From positions 352,001 to 416,000 of the forward strand of contig CAVTCR010000062.1 in the NCBI GenBank assembly GCA_963733195.1: a stretch of DNA of 64,000 nt. Reading direction: 5' to 3'. The position numbers and the translations under genes are program-made. Positions within the stretch are counted from its first letter, which is position 1. Every line of letters begins with the position of its first letter. This document shows positions 1 to 12,288 of this stretch, one piece after another. The notes under the pieces are model-generated. The model was not told the origin of the DNA and did no database searches. It saw nothing but the letters and a program-made list of their open reading frames with translations. This DNA is from an uncultured delta proteobacterium (GTDB taxonomy: Bacteria > Desulfobacterota > Binatia > Bin18).

Positions 1-490
1 CTTGCGGCATCGCTGGCAGCCAGCGTTTCATCAGATGAAATTGATACTGGGCACGATTACTGCGGTCGATTCCAGCTACTAGGTCTGGGCCATACTCAGA
101 AAACGGTACCCCTCCACCTTTGACAAATGCTTCGGCAACACGCGGAGCAACATTGATCATCGTCGGGGTGTTCTGGAAAAATCCAGCCAGAAAACTCGGG
201 CTGTTCTCGTCGGCTAATACCGCTGCGTGTTCTTCAGGAAAAGTAAAACGTTCAGTTGCAGGGTCATAATCGACGATTCCTGCTGCTGCCATCGCCGAAA
301 GCCATTCACGTACGTAGCGTTCCTGTAAGCCAGCTTTTGCCGCCAGTTCCGCTACTGAGACCGGCCCTGCGCCTGCCATTGCTTTGAACAATCCGACCCG
401 ATCTCCGATGTAGATCATGCCTGAGAGGGCAGCACCAGTAACGTACCCCATCATCTGATTAACGAACTGTTCGCGCTTACTTTTGTCCAT
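1..490 (-). CDS. Class I SAM-dependent methyltransferase with N-terminal HTH-like domain (5' part; runs off the window)
   Basis: Manual translation from ATG at 490: MDKSKREQFVNQMMGYVTGAALSGMIYIGDRVGLFKAMAGAGPVSVAELAAKAGLQERYVREWLSAMAAAGIVDYDP, typical of Rv2258c-like methyltransferases. Confidence 0.8.
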   Translation of the reverse strand, partial: MDKSKREQFVNQMMGYVTGAALSGMIYIGDRVGLFKAMAGAGPVSVAELAAKAGLQERYVREWLSAMAAAGIVDYDPATERFTFPEEHAAVLADENSPSFLAGFFQNTPTMINVAPRVAEAFVKGGGVPFSEYGPDLVAGIDRSNRAQYQFHLMKRWLPAMPQ

Positions 491-604
491 AGTCGTATCT
501 CCTCTTGTTCGAGAGAACGCTGCCATAGGAAGCAGATGAAAACAACGGGGCTGATTCCCATCAAGCTTTCCCCTCTCCCCGCCGATCCTTATAATAGGGG
601 ATAT

Positions 605-2060
605 ATGGATACGCAAACTCAAGCAACGATAGCCTCAGCACTACCGGTCTCGTATGATTATGATCTCATCGTCCTGGGCTCTGGCCCTGCAGGCGAAAAA
701 GCCGCGATCCAAGCCGCAAAGTTAGATAAACGCGTCGCTGTGGTTGAACGCGGCCCACAACTCGGTGGTGCGTGTACGCATACCGGCACTCTCCCAAGCA
801 AAACCCTGCGCGAAGCTGTGCTGTTTATCTCCAGTCTCGAGCAGCGGACATTCCCTGGCATTCAGTGTGCAGTCAAGAAACATCGCTTGGGAGTCCAGGA
901 TCTCCTGCGCTATAAAACAACCGTTGTCCAGGCACAGGCAGACGCGACACGGCGGAAACTTGATCGCAACGACATTGATACCTTCCACGGTCAAGCGACT
1001 TTCATTGACTCGCACCGAATCGCCGTCGACAGTAGCGATGGCTCACGTCGCACGTGCACTGCGGCAGCGATTATCCTTGCCGTTGGCTCCCGTCCAGCGC
1101 GTCCAGCCTCGATCCCATTCGACGATCAGTTGGTGTTTGATACTGACTCTGTCCTCTTCATGGAGCGTATTCCCCGCACTCTCGCGGTGATTGGCGCTGG
1201 GGTCGTCGGCTGCGAGTACGCGTCGATCTTTGCTGCGCTGGGAGTGAAGGTGACGCTCATCGATATCCGTTCCAACATCCTCGATTTTCTCGACGATGAG
1301 TTGAAGCAGCGCTTGCTGTATCGCATGCTCAATGCCGGGGTGGTGATGCACTTCGGTGAAGAAGTAACTGCTGTCACTGTCCCTGAACCTGACCGCGTCG
1401 AGTCACACTGCGCCAGTGGCAAAATCGTGACCGCTGAGCGTGTCCTGCATGCTGCGGGTCGAGTCGGCAACACTGATCAGTTCGGGACTGCAAGCGATCG
1501 GCCTCGCCACCGACAATCGGGGTTTACTGAACGTCAACGAACATTTTCAAACGTCGCTTCCACATATTTATGCGGTTGGTGACGTGATCGGATTTCCCGC
1601 GCTTGCCGCAACAGCAATGCACCAGGGACGACTTGCCGCCGCGCATGCGTTTCGGCGAACAAATGGGCGAGGTGAAAGTAAGGCTCTCCTTTCACCGCTG
1701 GGACCGCTTCCGTTTGGTATTTACACTATTCCAGAAGTGTCAATGGTCGGTGCAACTGAAGAAGAGCTGACTACAGACAAAGTCCCGTACGAAATTGGCC
1801 ATGCCTATTATCGTGAGACTGCCCGTGCCCATATCATGGGAGAAATCGATGGCATGCTGAAACTCATTTTCCATCGTGAGACACTCCAACTGCTCGGCGT
1901 ACACATCATCGGTGAACGAGCATCGGAGCTGATTCATATCGGACAGGCAGTGATCGCCTACGGAGGGTCGATCGAGTATTTTATCGACAACGTCGTGAAC
2001 TATCCGACCTTGTCAGAAGCCTACAAGGTCGCAGCATTGAATGGCTATAATCGGTTGTAG
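605..2060 (+). CDS. sthA: Soluble (Si-specific) NAD(P)+ transhydrogenase; one frameshift near 1480
   Basis: [46 protein letters not shown]-terminal [20 protein letters not shown]; split between ORFs 536..1582 and 1440..2060. Confidence 0.9.
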
Positions 2061-2241
2061 AGGAATCAAATGAATCAAATGGTGACGAGCGACTCGACCA
2101 ACTTGATGATAGCGCTGGGGAAGTTGCATCCAAATCCCACTCGACTCTGAGGCGGGCGTCCCACTCGCGCTCCTAGAAAAGAACCTATGCCAGTAGGAAA
2201 CGGTTGACAACAAGGCAACACCAGCCGAATAATCCACATCT

Positions 2242-4600
2242 ATGAAGGACGAGCCTAGCAGGGTGGTCCACACTGAGCAGCGGCGAGCTAGCGGCGATCA
2301 TGTTCACCGACATCGTCGGCTTCAGCCGCCAGATGGGCACTGATGAAGCTCGGACGCTGCGGTTGTTGGACCTCCATAACCAGGTTATTCAGCGGACCGT
2401 GATAGCGCATCATGGTACGATTATCAAAACCATCGGTGATGCGTTCCTGGTAGACTTTCCCTCCGTCGTCCACGCCGTGCAATGCGCGCAGCAGATTCAA
2501 ATACAATTCCGTACCCACAACGAACGAGAAGGGAAACACCGAACAGATTCATGTCCGCATTGGCATCCATTCTGGCGATATCGTCCAGCGTGATGGTGAT
2601 GTGTTCGGCGACGGGGTGAACCTTGCCTCCCGCCTTCAGACTCTGGCCGAGCCGGACACCATCTGCATCTCAGACGTTGTGTATCGGGATGTAGCCCAGA
2701 AAGTTGCTTTGGGGACGGTGGTCTCGCTGGGGCGACCAAAGCTGAAGAACATTATCCAGCGCTTCCAAGTCTACGCTCTGCTGCCCGAACCATCCAAAGG
2801 ATTGCGTCAGACTCTACGAGTACAATTCCTGAAGCTCTCGCATCGGCTGAGCAGTACCCACCGAGCCGTGGCTGGCGGGGTACTCCTTGCAGGTGTGATC
2901 TTACTCGTCTGGTATTTTGCCTTTCCAACACCTAACACCCAGCCCCCAGCCCCTAGCACCCAGCCCCTTCCGCTGCCCGACAAACCCTCCATCGTGGTCC
3001 TGCCGTTTGACAACATGAGCAAAGACCCTGAGCAGGATTATTTCAGTAATGGGATCACCGAAGTGCTAACCAGTGATCTTTCCCGTATTTCTACCTTGTT
3101 CGTTATCGCCCGCAACACGGCGTTCACCTACAAGGGCAAATCTGTCAATGTCCAAGACGTTGGTAAAGAACTGGGGGTACGATACGTACTGGAAGGCAGC
3201 GTACAGAAAGCCGGAGAGCAGGTGCGAATCGTCGCGCAATTGATCGATACCACTACCGGCGGCCACATCTGGTCTGAACGCTACGATCGGCCACTCAAGG
3301 ACATCTTTGCCCTGCAAGACGAGATCGTGCAGAAGATCGTGACCACACTGAATCTGCAACTCACGTTACAAGAGCAAGGGTTCATTGTGCGCAAGACGAC
3401 GAACAATTTAGAGGCGTATGATTCCTTGCTGCGGGGAATCGAGCCTCTTTTCCGTTACACGCAAGAGGCCAATACTCAGGCGCGACAAATGTTTGAGAAA
3501 GCCATTGCCTTGGACCCACAGTATGCGGAGGCGTACGTGTGGCTAGGATGGACCTACTACCTGGAGTGGATGTTTCGCTGGCGTATGGCCCCCCAGAGTC
3601 TGGAACGCGCGTTAGCGCTGGCGCAACAGGCGCTTGCCCTGGACGACTCCCTGCCTCAAGCCCATACGCTCTTGGGCAATGTCTATGCAGTAAGCAGCAA
3701 TATGACCAGGCCATAGCCGAGAGTGAGCGAGCTATCGCTCTCGATTCTAACAATGCGGACAGTTATAAATACCAGGCGAATGCGTTGAACTTCGCGGGCA
3801 GACCAGAGGAAGCCTTACAGATGGTGAGAGCAGGCGATGCGGCTCAACCCCCGCTATCCGCCTCTCTACTTATACCAATTGGGCTGGGCATACGGCCCGA
3901 CCGGGCGGCATGCTGAAGCGATCGCCACGCTGAAGGAATTCCTCAGCCGGAGCCCTAATCTTCAGGCTGCGTACCTCATCCTGGCTCTCAACTATGTGGA
4001 TCAGTGGGCCTCACAACAAAATTCCGATTCGCAGACGTTGGACGCAGGCGGAGGCGGCAGCGCAACGTGCCCTCGCCCTCAATGCCTCCGACCCCATAGG
4101 TCATGCATTCTTGGGCTCTGTCTATCTATGGCAGAAGCAGTACGAGCAGGCCATCGCCGAGATGGAGCGAGGCTATCGCCCCTAATCTCAACATGGCTGA
4201 TATCTATGCATTGTTGGCTGCTGCGCTGGGTCGGATAGGCAGGCCGGAGGAAGCTATTGCGATGGTAGAGCAGGCGCTGCGCCGCAAACCCTTTGTTGCG
4301 GACTGGCACTTAGACAGCGTGGGCGACTGCCTATTATCTGGCCGGGCGGCCTGAGGAGGCAATTGCTCCTCTGAAGCAATATCTCAGCCGCTACCCCAAC
4401 ATTCTGGGTCGCTCACCTGACCCTGGCGGCGGTCTACAGTGAGTTAGGTAAAGAAGCGGAGGCGCGGGCGGAGGCAGCGGAAGTCCTGCGAATCAATCCG
4501 AAGTTTTCGCTTAGAGGTTCACAAAGAGAGAGTGCCGATCAAAGATCCGGCGATGTTGGAGCGGCATATTGCGGCACTACGTAAGGCAGGGCTCAAGTGA
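2242..4600 (+). CDS. Class III adenylate/guanylate cyclase - TM - TolB-like - TPR protein (several frameshifts)
   Basis: IMFTDIVGFSR, KTIGDAFL, FGDGVNLASRLQ, PDKPSIVVLPFDNMS..QDYFSNGITE, TPR repeats, end AALRKAGLK* at 4600. Confidence 0.85.
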
Positions 4601-4769
4601 GTGAAGAATTAAGAGTTAAGAATGAAGAATGGAGGAATAGGCTAAAGGCTTGAGCCCGAAGGGGAAGGAAGAATGAAGAATAGGCCATAGGCTACAGGAC
4701 AAAGAAAAAAAGCGCAGGTGTGTTTTCGTCAATGACCCAATGACTCAATGGCCTTTGTCCTTATTCCCC

Positions 4770-5165
4770 TAACGCAAGCGAACGTGGCCGAGAGCATTAC
4801 TGATGTAGATCGACATTTGTCTCTGGGTGACCCGGACAAGCTAACGCCATCCGCATTGCTTTCGACTTCAGTTCCGGCATGTTAACAGTCGCCGTAACAA
4901 CAGTCGGCGAGCTCTCGCAATCGCTCATTCGACTAAGGAAAACCGATGATCAATAACGAGGTCGGCACGTACGGTCTCCAGAACATCAGTGACTTTGATT
5001 TGACAAATGTTGCGGTTCAATCTCGTAAGTAGGTCGGGATCGCTTCGTCTTAATAATGCCCCAGATCAAGCTGCTACGATCGAGCATACGCGCCTGAGTC
5101 GAACCAGGCGGCGATAGGGCTCAAGCAGCGATCATTGCTCGATGCATCCTTACTCCAAACCATGC
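4770..5165 (-). pseudogene. Putative PIN-like (DUF5615-type) toxin, heavily indel-damaged; boundaries approximate
   Basis: Minus-strand fragments reading like IKDEAIPT..L, FV..., FW, LRRL and RVTQRQMSIY; lies downstream of a DUF433-like gene. Confidence 0.35.
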
Positions 5166-5329
5166 AAGAAGGCTCACTCGCGCCTAATTCGGCGATCACG
5201 GCCCCTCGCTCCGATTGCTGGCGAGCCGGCAGCCGCTGGCGCACTGGCAAACCAGCCGTGACTCAACGGCCGCTGCGCTGGAATTGTGGAGGTGCATTAA
5301 CCATGCCTACGGAGGACGAGGAGATGCTC

Positions 5330-5628
5330 ATCCGAAGCGATCACGCCCGACAGCCTCAGCTTCACGTTTCAGCAACACGGTCGCTAGTCGAGTGTCTCTA
5401 CGATCGCTTCCGAGAAACAGGTCTTGAAGGATTATCGATCATCTGCTCAATCGGCTCTCCGCCGCGAGTAAGTCGCAACGAGCAATTGTACCTCGATCCT
5501 GGTATATTTAACGTCGGGCGGCTACCACAAATTCCAGGTGCAGTCAACGATGTAACTTTCCAACGGATAATATTCGTATGCGTTCACTTGAACCATCTCT
5601 CGACTAATTTTTTCGTCACCTTGGCCAT
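5330..5628 (-). pseudogene. DUF433-family antitoxin-like gene, indel-damaged; 3' boundary approximate
   Basis: ATG at 5628 (MAKVTKKLV), then fragments AYEYYPL..YIV..APGICGSRPT.KYTRIEV..AAGEPIEQ matching the DUF433 pattern. Confidence 0.5.
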
Positions 5629-5663
5629 AGGATAGCAATCTCGTTCCAAAACTACTCCGCAAA

Positions 5664-6089
5664 TCAACACTCCTGACTCCCAACTCTAATCCCCAATCCC
5701 CGTTCCCCTTCCGCCACGACCACCGCCTCTGCCAACATCGCGGTATGCGTGAGCGCGAGATGAAAACGTGTGATGCCGAGTGACTCGGCGTATTCTTTCG
5801 CTTTTCCATGCAGAACAATTTCTGGGCGTGAGCCGCGTTTTCGTACGACTTCAATATCAAGCCAGCCGACGTAACGTCCCCATCCACGACCTAACGCTTT
5901 CATTGTCGCCTCTTTCGCTGCAAAACGTGCGGCGTAACTCTGATACTTTGCAGCTCTGCGGCTCTCACAATAAGCCTGCTCTCCTTGCGTATAGACGCGA
6001 TCGCGGAACCGTTCTCCTATCCGCGGATGGTCCACTGCTGCCTTGATACGATCAACTTCGGCAAGGTCATTGCCAATAGCGATAATCAT
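5664..6089 (-). CDS. acpS: Holo-[acyl-carrier-protein] synthase
   Basis: GNDLAEVDRI, YAARFAAKEATMKALG, FHLALTHT. Confidence 0.92.
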   Translation of the reverse strand: MIIAIGNDLAEVDRIKAAVDHPRIGERFRDRVYTQGEQAYCESRRAAKYQSYAARFAAKEATMKALGRGWGRYVGWLDIEVVRKRGSRPEIVLHGKAKEYAESLGITRFHLALTHTAMLAEAVVVAEGERGLGIRVGSQEC

Positions 6090-6176
6090 GGGGGAAATTC
6101 ACACCCTCATAGTTCATAAGACAAACGTGCTTCAAAACTAGCACGAGGTTTTTCTCATCACGTTATCCGTTACCCG

Positions 6177-7970
6177 TTAACACGCTTCACACTTATGACA
6201 CGTCGTAACATCACACGGCTGGGTCTGAAATCCCAACAACGCCTTGCGCCATTCTGCCAGCAGATACTGTTTACTCACTGAATGATCGATAAAATCCCAC
6301 GGCAGGATTTCTTTGGAATCGTAACGGCGGTGGACGAAGAAATCGGGCTTCAGGGTGGCAGGGGTAGCCTTGCGTATTGACGTATTGCGTGTTCGGAGAC
6401 TTTGCAGACTTTGTGGCGCGACGTAATCGCTGAACCACACTCCACCAATCGCCACCATTCTGATGGGCTTCGAGCAGAATTTGTCCAGTACGACGATCAC
6501 CACGAGAAAGTAACGTCTGATAGTAGGCTTCGCGTGGAGATTCAGTATCCACTGTAATACGAGGCAACCGCGCGAGTCGTTTTTTCAGCAACGCGAACTT
6601 GTCCCGCAGTATCGCCATCTCTTCCATTGGTTCCCACTGCAACGGGGTCCACGGTTTTGGGGAAAAAGAATTGACGGATAAAGTGAGACCACCAACCTTC
6701 GCTCCTTTGCTACAGTAGCGTTCGTGAATCTTGTCGGTCAGTTCAGCAATCGCTTCTACATCTTCAGTTTTTTCCGTTGGTAACCCCAACATGAAGTACA
6801 TCTTCAGCGACTGCACCCCACCACCAACCAGCCACTCGGCTGCACGCAGGATCTCCGGTTCGGTCAGATTCTTGTTGATGAGACGACGCATCCGGTCAGA
6901 ACCCGCTTCAGGCGCAACTGTCACCGAACGGTTCTTCTGTGCGCCTAATGCATCAGCAAGATCACGGGTAATCACATCGGCTTTCAGGGATGACGGTGAA
7001 GCCCGACCACCAGCCTGACCGATGAACTCGCACAACGCGGCAATCCCTGGCTGACTCGCCATTTCTGCCCCAACCAACCCGATAGTCGAGCGCTCTTTCA
7101 ATCCTTCGGTCACACTTTGTTTCACTGAATCGAAAGCTACGATACCGCACCGGTCGATACATGAATCCTGCTGCGCAAAAGCGACAACCCCATTCACAGC
7201 CACGACTGGCTCTCGACAAGAAACATATCGCCAAAGACAGCCTCTGGGCTGAGAATCTGCGAAGTCGTGGGATAGGCATCAAGATTTTGATGAGTCGACG
7301 ATTCACTCGCGGTTTGCCTTCGCCATGATACTCAATACGAACGATACGTCCCTGGTCATCGTACTGCGGCGTAAACAGTTCGGGCAGATATGCTCCCTCG
7401 ATCGTGCTCAGCGCGTGTAATTTCTCTTGCCGGCTACACCGAGCATTGCGGAGTTCGGCATAGCGCTCGACAAACTCAGGAATCATTTCTTCGCCTTCAC
7501 CGATCAGAAATAGGTCAATGAAGTCTGCCACCGGTTCGGGATTGAGAAACGTTGCTGGTCCACCAGCGATCACAATCGGATGATGTTCTTCGCGTTCACG
7601 CGCCAGCAGCGGGACATGGGCAGCAGCAAGAATGTCGAGGATATGAATGTAATCGGTCTCAAACGACAGAGAAAACGCTAGCAGCTCAAAATCTGGTAGC
7701 GGTCGTTGAGTTTCGAGCGAGGCGAGACGGTGCTTTCGCACGACTCAATGCATCTGCTTCATCTGGATCAGGAAGAAACGCACGTTCACAACGACAACGT
7801 GGGTCTTGGGCGATAATCTTATAGGCTGCATGAAATCCTAGATTTGCCATTCCCACGGGATAGCGATTGGGGTAGATCAAGCAGATAGGAATCTCACCCT
7901 CAGTATTCGCGGTAAAGAGTCGTTTCTCTTGGGCAAGTCGTTGCCGGGCACGTTCAGTGGTCAACCACAT
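6177..7970 (-). CDS. B12-binding-domain radical SAM protein (TIGR03960-like); frameshifted
   Basis: YPNRYPVGMANLGF, RGCEWGCRFC (CxxxCxxC), TVAPEAGSDRMR, YFMLGLPTE, PKPWTPLQW, LPWDFID, C-terminal CxxxxCxxCxAC. Confidence 0.85.
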
Positions 7971-8300
7971 ACAGGAAACCTATCGTTCTACCGACTGGCA
8001 TGCAAGGCAAGCCTTCAGTCTGGAACTTATGCTCTCAGTCAACTTTTTTTTCCAGAGCAGCAAAACGGAAGCCATTGTGCATCTTATAAGAGAAAAATCT
8101 TTCAGTGTTTGTACGAGTACATCAATGGCATACACTTTGCTCTCTGAAAGACAAATGTGGTGCGCAGGAGAAAACCGCCTCGGTTATAAGCCCCGCTCTT
8201 GATTCTCACACTACGAATAAGAAAGCAAAAGCTCGCGCTCGTTCCCCCTCACAGTTCAGCGCGGTTGCGACCAACGGTGCCGAATTGGTATGACAGGAGC

Positions 8301-11300
8301 GTGTCACCTCCTCCTTTTTCCGCTGCTATTGGCACCTTCGTCGGACGTGAAGCTGAGTTGGCTGCACTCTACGATGCATTCAACAGTGTTCTCAGCGGCC
8401 GTGGCCAGTTCGTGCTAGTGAGTGGCGAACCGGGCATCGGCAAAACTCGCTTAGCTGATGAATGTGCTGCTGTCGCTCAGCAGCAGGGATTGCCCAAGTC
8501 CTTTGGGGCCGCTGCTGGGAAGGGGATGGTGCACCGGCGTTCTGGCCGTGGGTCCAGATTATTCGTACCCTCGTGCAACAGAGTAACGTTGACACCCTCG
8601 CCACAGAAATGGGGAACGGCGCGGTAAATATCGCGCAAGTTGTTCCTGAGGTGCGAGAGTTGCTCCCAGATTTGCCCGTAGCGGCTAGCCTGGAATCTGA
8701 ACATGCCCGGTTCCGTTTTTTCGATCATCTCACTAGCTGGTTCAAAAAAGTAGCGGTTCGGCAACCACTTCTTCTTATTCTCGATGACTTGCATTGGGCC
8801 GACACCTCATCGCTTCTCTTGTTACAATTCCTGGCACGCGAGGTCTCCGATGCTCGGTTGTTCGTGCTTGGCACCTATCGAGACACAGAGGTCAACCACG
8901 GGCAGCCGCTTTCTGAAGCGCTAGGCGCTCTCGCACGCAATAGTCGGCGGCTTCCTCTCAGTGGGCTCGCAGAAGCAGAGGTTGCCGACTTTATTACCGG
9001 GATGGGCTTACAGTCTAACGAGACCTTCGTCACGACACTCTACAAGGAAACCGAAGGCAATCCCTTTTTTCTCTCTGAAGTGCTGCATCTTCTCGCGCGA
9101 GATAAAGAGCCAACGCTCACCCCTTTTCCGATTCCTCATGGCGTACGGGAAACCATTCGCCGCCGTCTGGCGCATTTGTCTCCTGCGTGTATTCAGCTCC
9201 TCACGCGGGCAGCCGTGATCGGACGCGAGTTCACGCTCGACCTCCTCTCGCGGAGCAACAGTGTACAAACGGAAACCGAACGTCTCCAGATGTTAACGCT
9301 CGTACAGGAAGCACTCTCTGCACGACTCCTCATGGACGCCTCTGACAAAGTCTATACGTATCGGTTCGTACATGCTCTGGTCCGAGAAACGTTGTACGAG
9401 GATTTGTCCCTACCGGAGCGCATCCATCTGCACCGTCATGTTGGTGAGGCAATTGAACATCTCTATGCTCGGAGATCTGGGACCATATCTCGATGAGTTA
9501 GCCGACCATTTTTTCAAAGCGGCGGCTGGCGAGCGCAGCGAAAAAGCGCTGCAGTATGCCATCCAAGCCGCAGAACGAGCTAGTGCTTTGTTGGCGCATG
9601 AAGAAGCGGCCATCTACTACGAACGTGCGTTTCAACTTTTACCTCTTCAAGAGTCCACGACAGGCCAACGCGGAGAAGTCCTACTCGCGATGGGGCACGC
9701 GTTGGCACGGGCAGGAGAACCCAAACGCGCTCGTGCAACGTTTTCGCAGGCAGCAGCAATTGCCCGAGATTTGCGAACTCAAGGAGAAGCGTCAACAGCT
9801 GCACTACTTCTGGCACGGGCAGCATTGGGATTTTCCGGTCATGGCGATATCGCCACGCGCTTTGATCAACCTATGGTCAATCTTCTGGAAGAGGCGTTAA
9901 GCGTATTACCAGAAGAAGACAGTACACTACGCGTGAGAGTTCTTGGCCGTCTCGCTATGGCGCTCTATTTCTCTCCTTTCATCGACCGTTGCGACACCCT
10001 GAGCCACCAAGCAGTTGAGATGGCACGGCGACTCGGTGAAACCACGGCAGTAGCATACGCCCTAAACGCGCGGCAAATCGCCTTGATTGGGCCAGATACC
10101 GTGCATGAACGGTTAGCATTGTCCACCGAAATGGTTCACCTCGCTGAAAAAGAAGACAGGAAAGAGTTGGCGCTCGCCGGTCATCTCGGACGGATCATGA
10201 GCTTGCTTGAACTCGGTGACCGCCGAGCAATCGACCAAGAGCTGCACTTGTATACACAGATCGTGACCGAACTGCGGCAGCCTTTCTACATGTGGCATGA
10301 CACTATCCTGCGAGCGATGGCGGCGCTCCTTGCCGGTCGACTGGTGGAGGCAGAGCAGTTAGTCCAGGAAGGATTGACGCTCGGCCAACAGGTGCAGACA
10401 CCAAATGCCTTTCTCTTATTTACCGTTCAGCTGTTCGCTCTACGTCGTGAGCAAGGACGATTACAGGAACTCGAAGACGCAACCAAAAGCTTAGTGGAAC
10501 GGTTCCCCGCCATTCCTGGGCTGCGAACAGCACTCGCGTTCCTCTACAGCGAGCTTGGTCACGAAAGCGACGCGTCGTACGCAGTTTGAACAAGTAGCCG
10601 CGAAGAACTTTACGGATCTGGTACGAGACCAAGGCTGGTTGGGAAGCATGACGAATTTGACCCAAGTTGCCTTTTTTCTCAAGGATAAGGGACGAGCAAG
10701 CACCTTGTATGATTTATTGCTTCCATATGCTGAACGGACTGTGATTGTCGGTTCAGCCAACGACTGTTTCGGAGTGGTAGCACGTTATCTCGGGCTACTG
10801 GCAACGATACTGGAGCGCTGGGACAAGGCAATGCACCACTTTGAAGCAGCCTTAGCAATCAATACGCAAGTAGGGGCACGACTTTTTGTTGCCCATACTC
10901 AGTACGACTATGCGTCAATGCTACTCACTCGTAGTGCTCAAGGTGATCATGAACGCGCACGAGAGCTACTCGGAGTGGCGTTCGCTACCGCACAAGAGTT
11001 GGGGATGACGCGACTGGAGGAGAAAATTCAGGGGCTAGGGGCTAGGGACTGGGGGCTAGGGAAAGAAACCAGTGCCCCATACAGTTTCCTTTCTATCCCT
11101 CAACTTACCCCGGAACCAAACTCTTCTGACCCTATCCCTGACACCCGACCCCTAATCCCTAACCCCCAATCCCCAGCTCCCAATCTTCTCCGCCAAGAAG
11201 GCGATTACTGGACTGTAGGATATGAGGGTAGCGTTGCACGCTTGCAGGACGCAAAAGGACTGGCTCATCTCGCCTGTTTGTTGCGCGAGCCGCAACGGGA

Positions 11301-11902
11301 ATTTCATGTTCTCGATCTGCTTGCCATGACTGACGGTGTACCATCGGAAGGTGCAGACGCAGGGAAACACGAAACACAGGTCCTTCAACTCCATCCCACG
11401 ACTGAGTTTTCTGATGCACGAGCGTTTCCCGATCGACAAGCAATAACAGGCTTGTATGACTGACGGTGTACCATCGGAATGGCGCAGACGCAGGAAAACA
11501 CGAAGCTCAGGCGTCCAACTCCTTCCCAACAGTGAGTCTTCTGATACCCGGGCACTTCCCGATCGACAAGCAACAACGGTGTATCAACAGCGTTTACGGG
11601 ATTTGCGTGAAGAACTCACCGAGGCTGAACGCTTCAACGACTCTGGCCGTGCAAGTGCTTTACGTAGCGAAATTGACTTTCTGACTACGGAATTAGCCGC
11701 AGCTTACGGAACCGCCGCCCATACTCGTAGACGAAACGAAGATACTGAGAAAGTACGGAAGACTATTACGCATCGGATGCGAACGGTGCTGACGAAGATC
11801 AAGAAAGCCCATCCGAGCCTATGGCGGCATCTCCATGTTTCGCTCAAAACCGGGACGTTTTGTTCGTATACTCCTGAAAAGCCTACAAATTGGGATTTGT
11901 AG
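8301..11902 (+). CDS. Large AAA_16/STAND-type ATPase regulator with TPR-like region and C-terminal putative DNA-binding domain; frameshifted
   Basis: GTG start after AGGAG; FVGREAEL, Walker A SGEPGIGKT, LDDLHWAD, EGNPFF, FVHALVRETLY; C-terminus EKVRKTITHRMR..HPSLWRHL..SLKTGTFCSYTP. Confidence 0.8.
11326..11584 (+). repeat. Imperfect tandem duplication, period 130 bp, inside the ATPase gene
   Basis: atgactgacggtgtaccatcggaa...cccgatcgacaagcaa begins at both 11326 and 11456. Confidence 0.9.
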
Positions 11903-12102
11903 CTCATCTCTCCCAGCTGGGGCCACCGCACCATAGGGTACGCTGAACAAGAGCAAGCTCCATTCTCCCACCTCTAACGATCGTTTCCTCTCTATCCGTT
12001 TTCTTCATTTCCCTTTAGCCTTCGGCCTTCAGCCTATTCCCCTTTTCCCTTTTATCCATTTTCCCGTTTATCCCTTTTCGCCCCTTCCCCATTTCGCTCA
12101 TT

Positions 12103-12142
12103 CGCTACGCCCCATCTAGCAGTGCGACACGCAATCTAGCGC
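12103..12142 (+). promoter_or_regulatory. Direct repeat (ATCTAGC, 20-bp period), candidate operator
   Basis: cgctacgccccATCTAGCagtgcgacacgcaATCTAGCgc between the regulator and the secreted-protein operon. Confidence 0.35.
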
Positions 12143-12288
12143 CTTTCTTACAGAGAGTAGGAATCAAGCTCTCATCGATGAAGGAGGAAGGCAAACCCAT
12201 GTAAACCCTGAACTCAACTCGCACTGTAACCCTTGGCAACAGACATTCACCATTTGTTCAGTACCCCACAAAGAAAGGAAATAAGACT

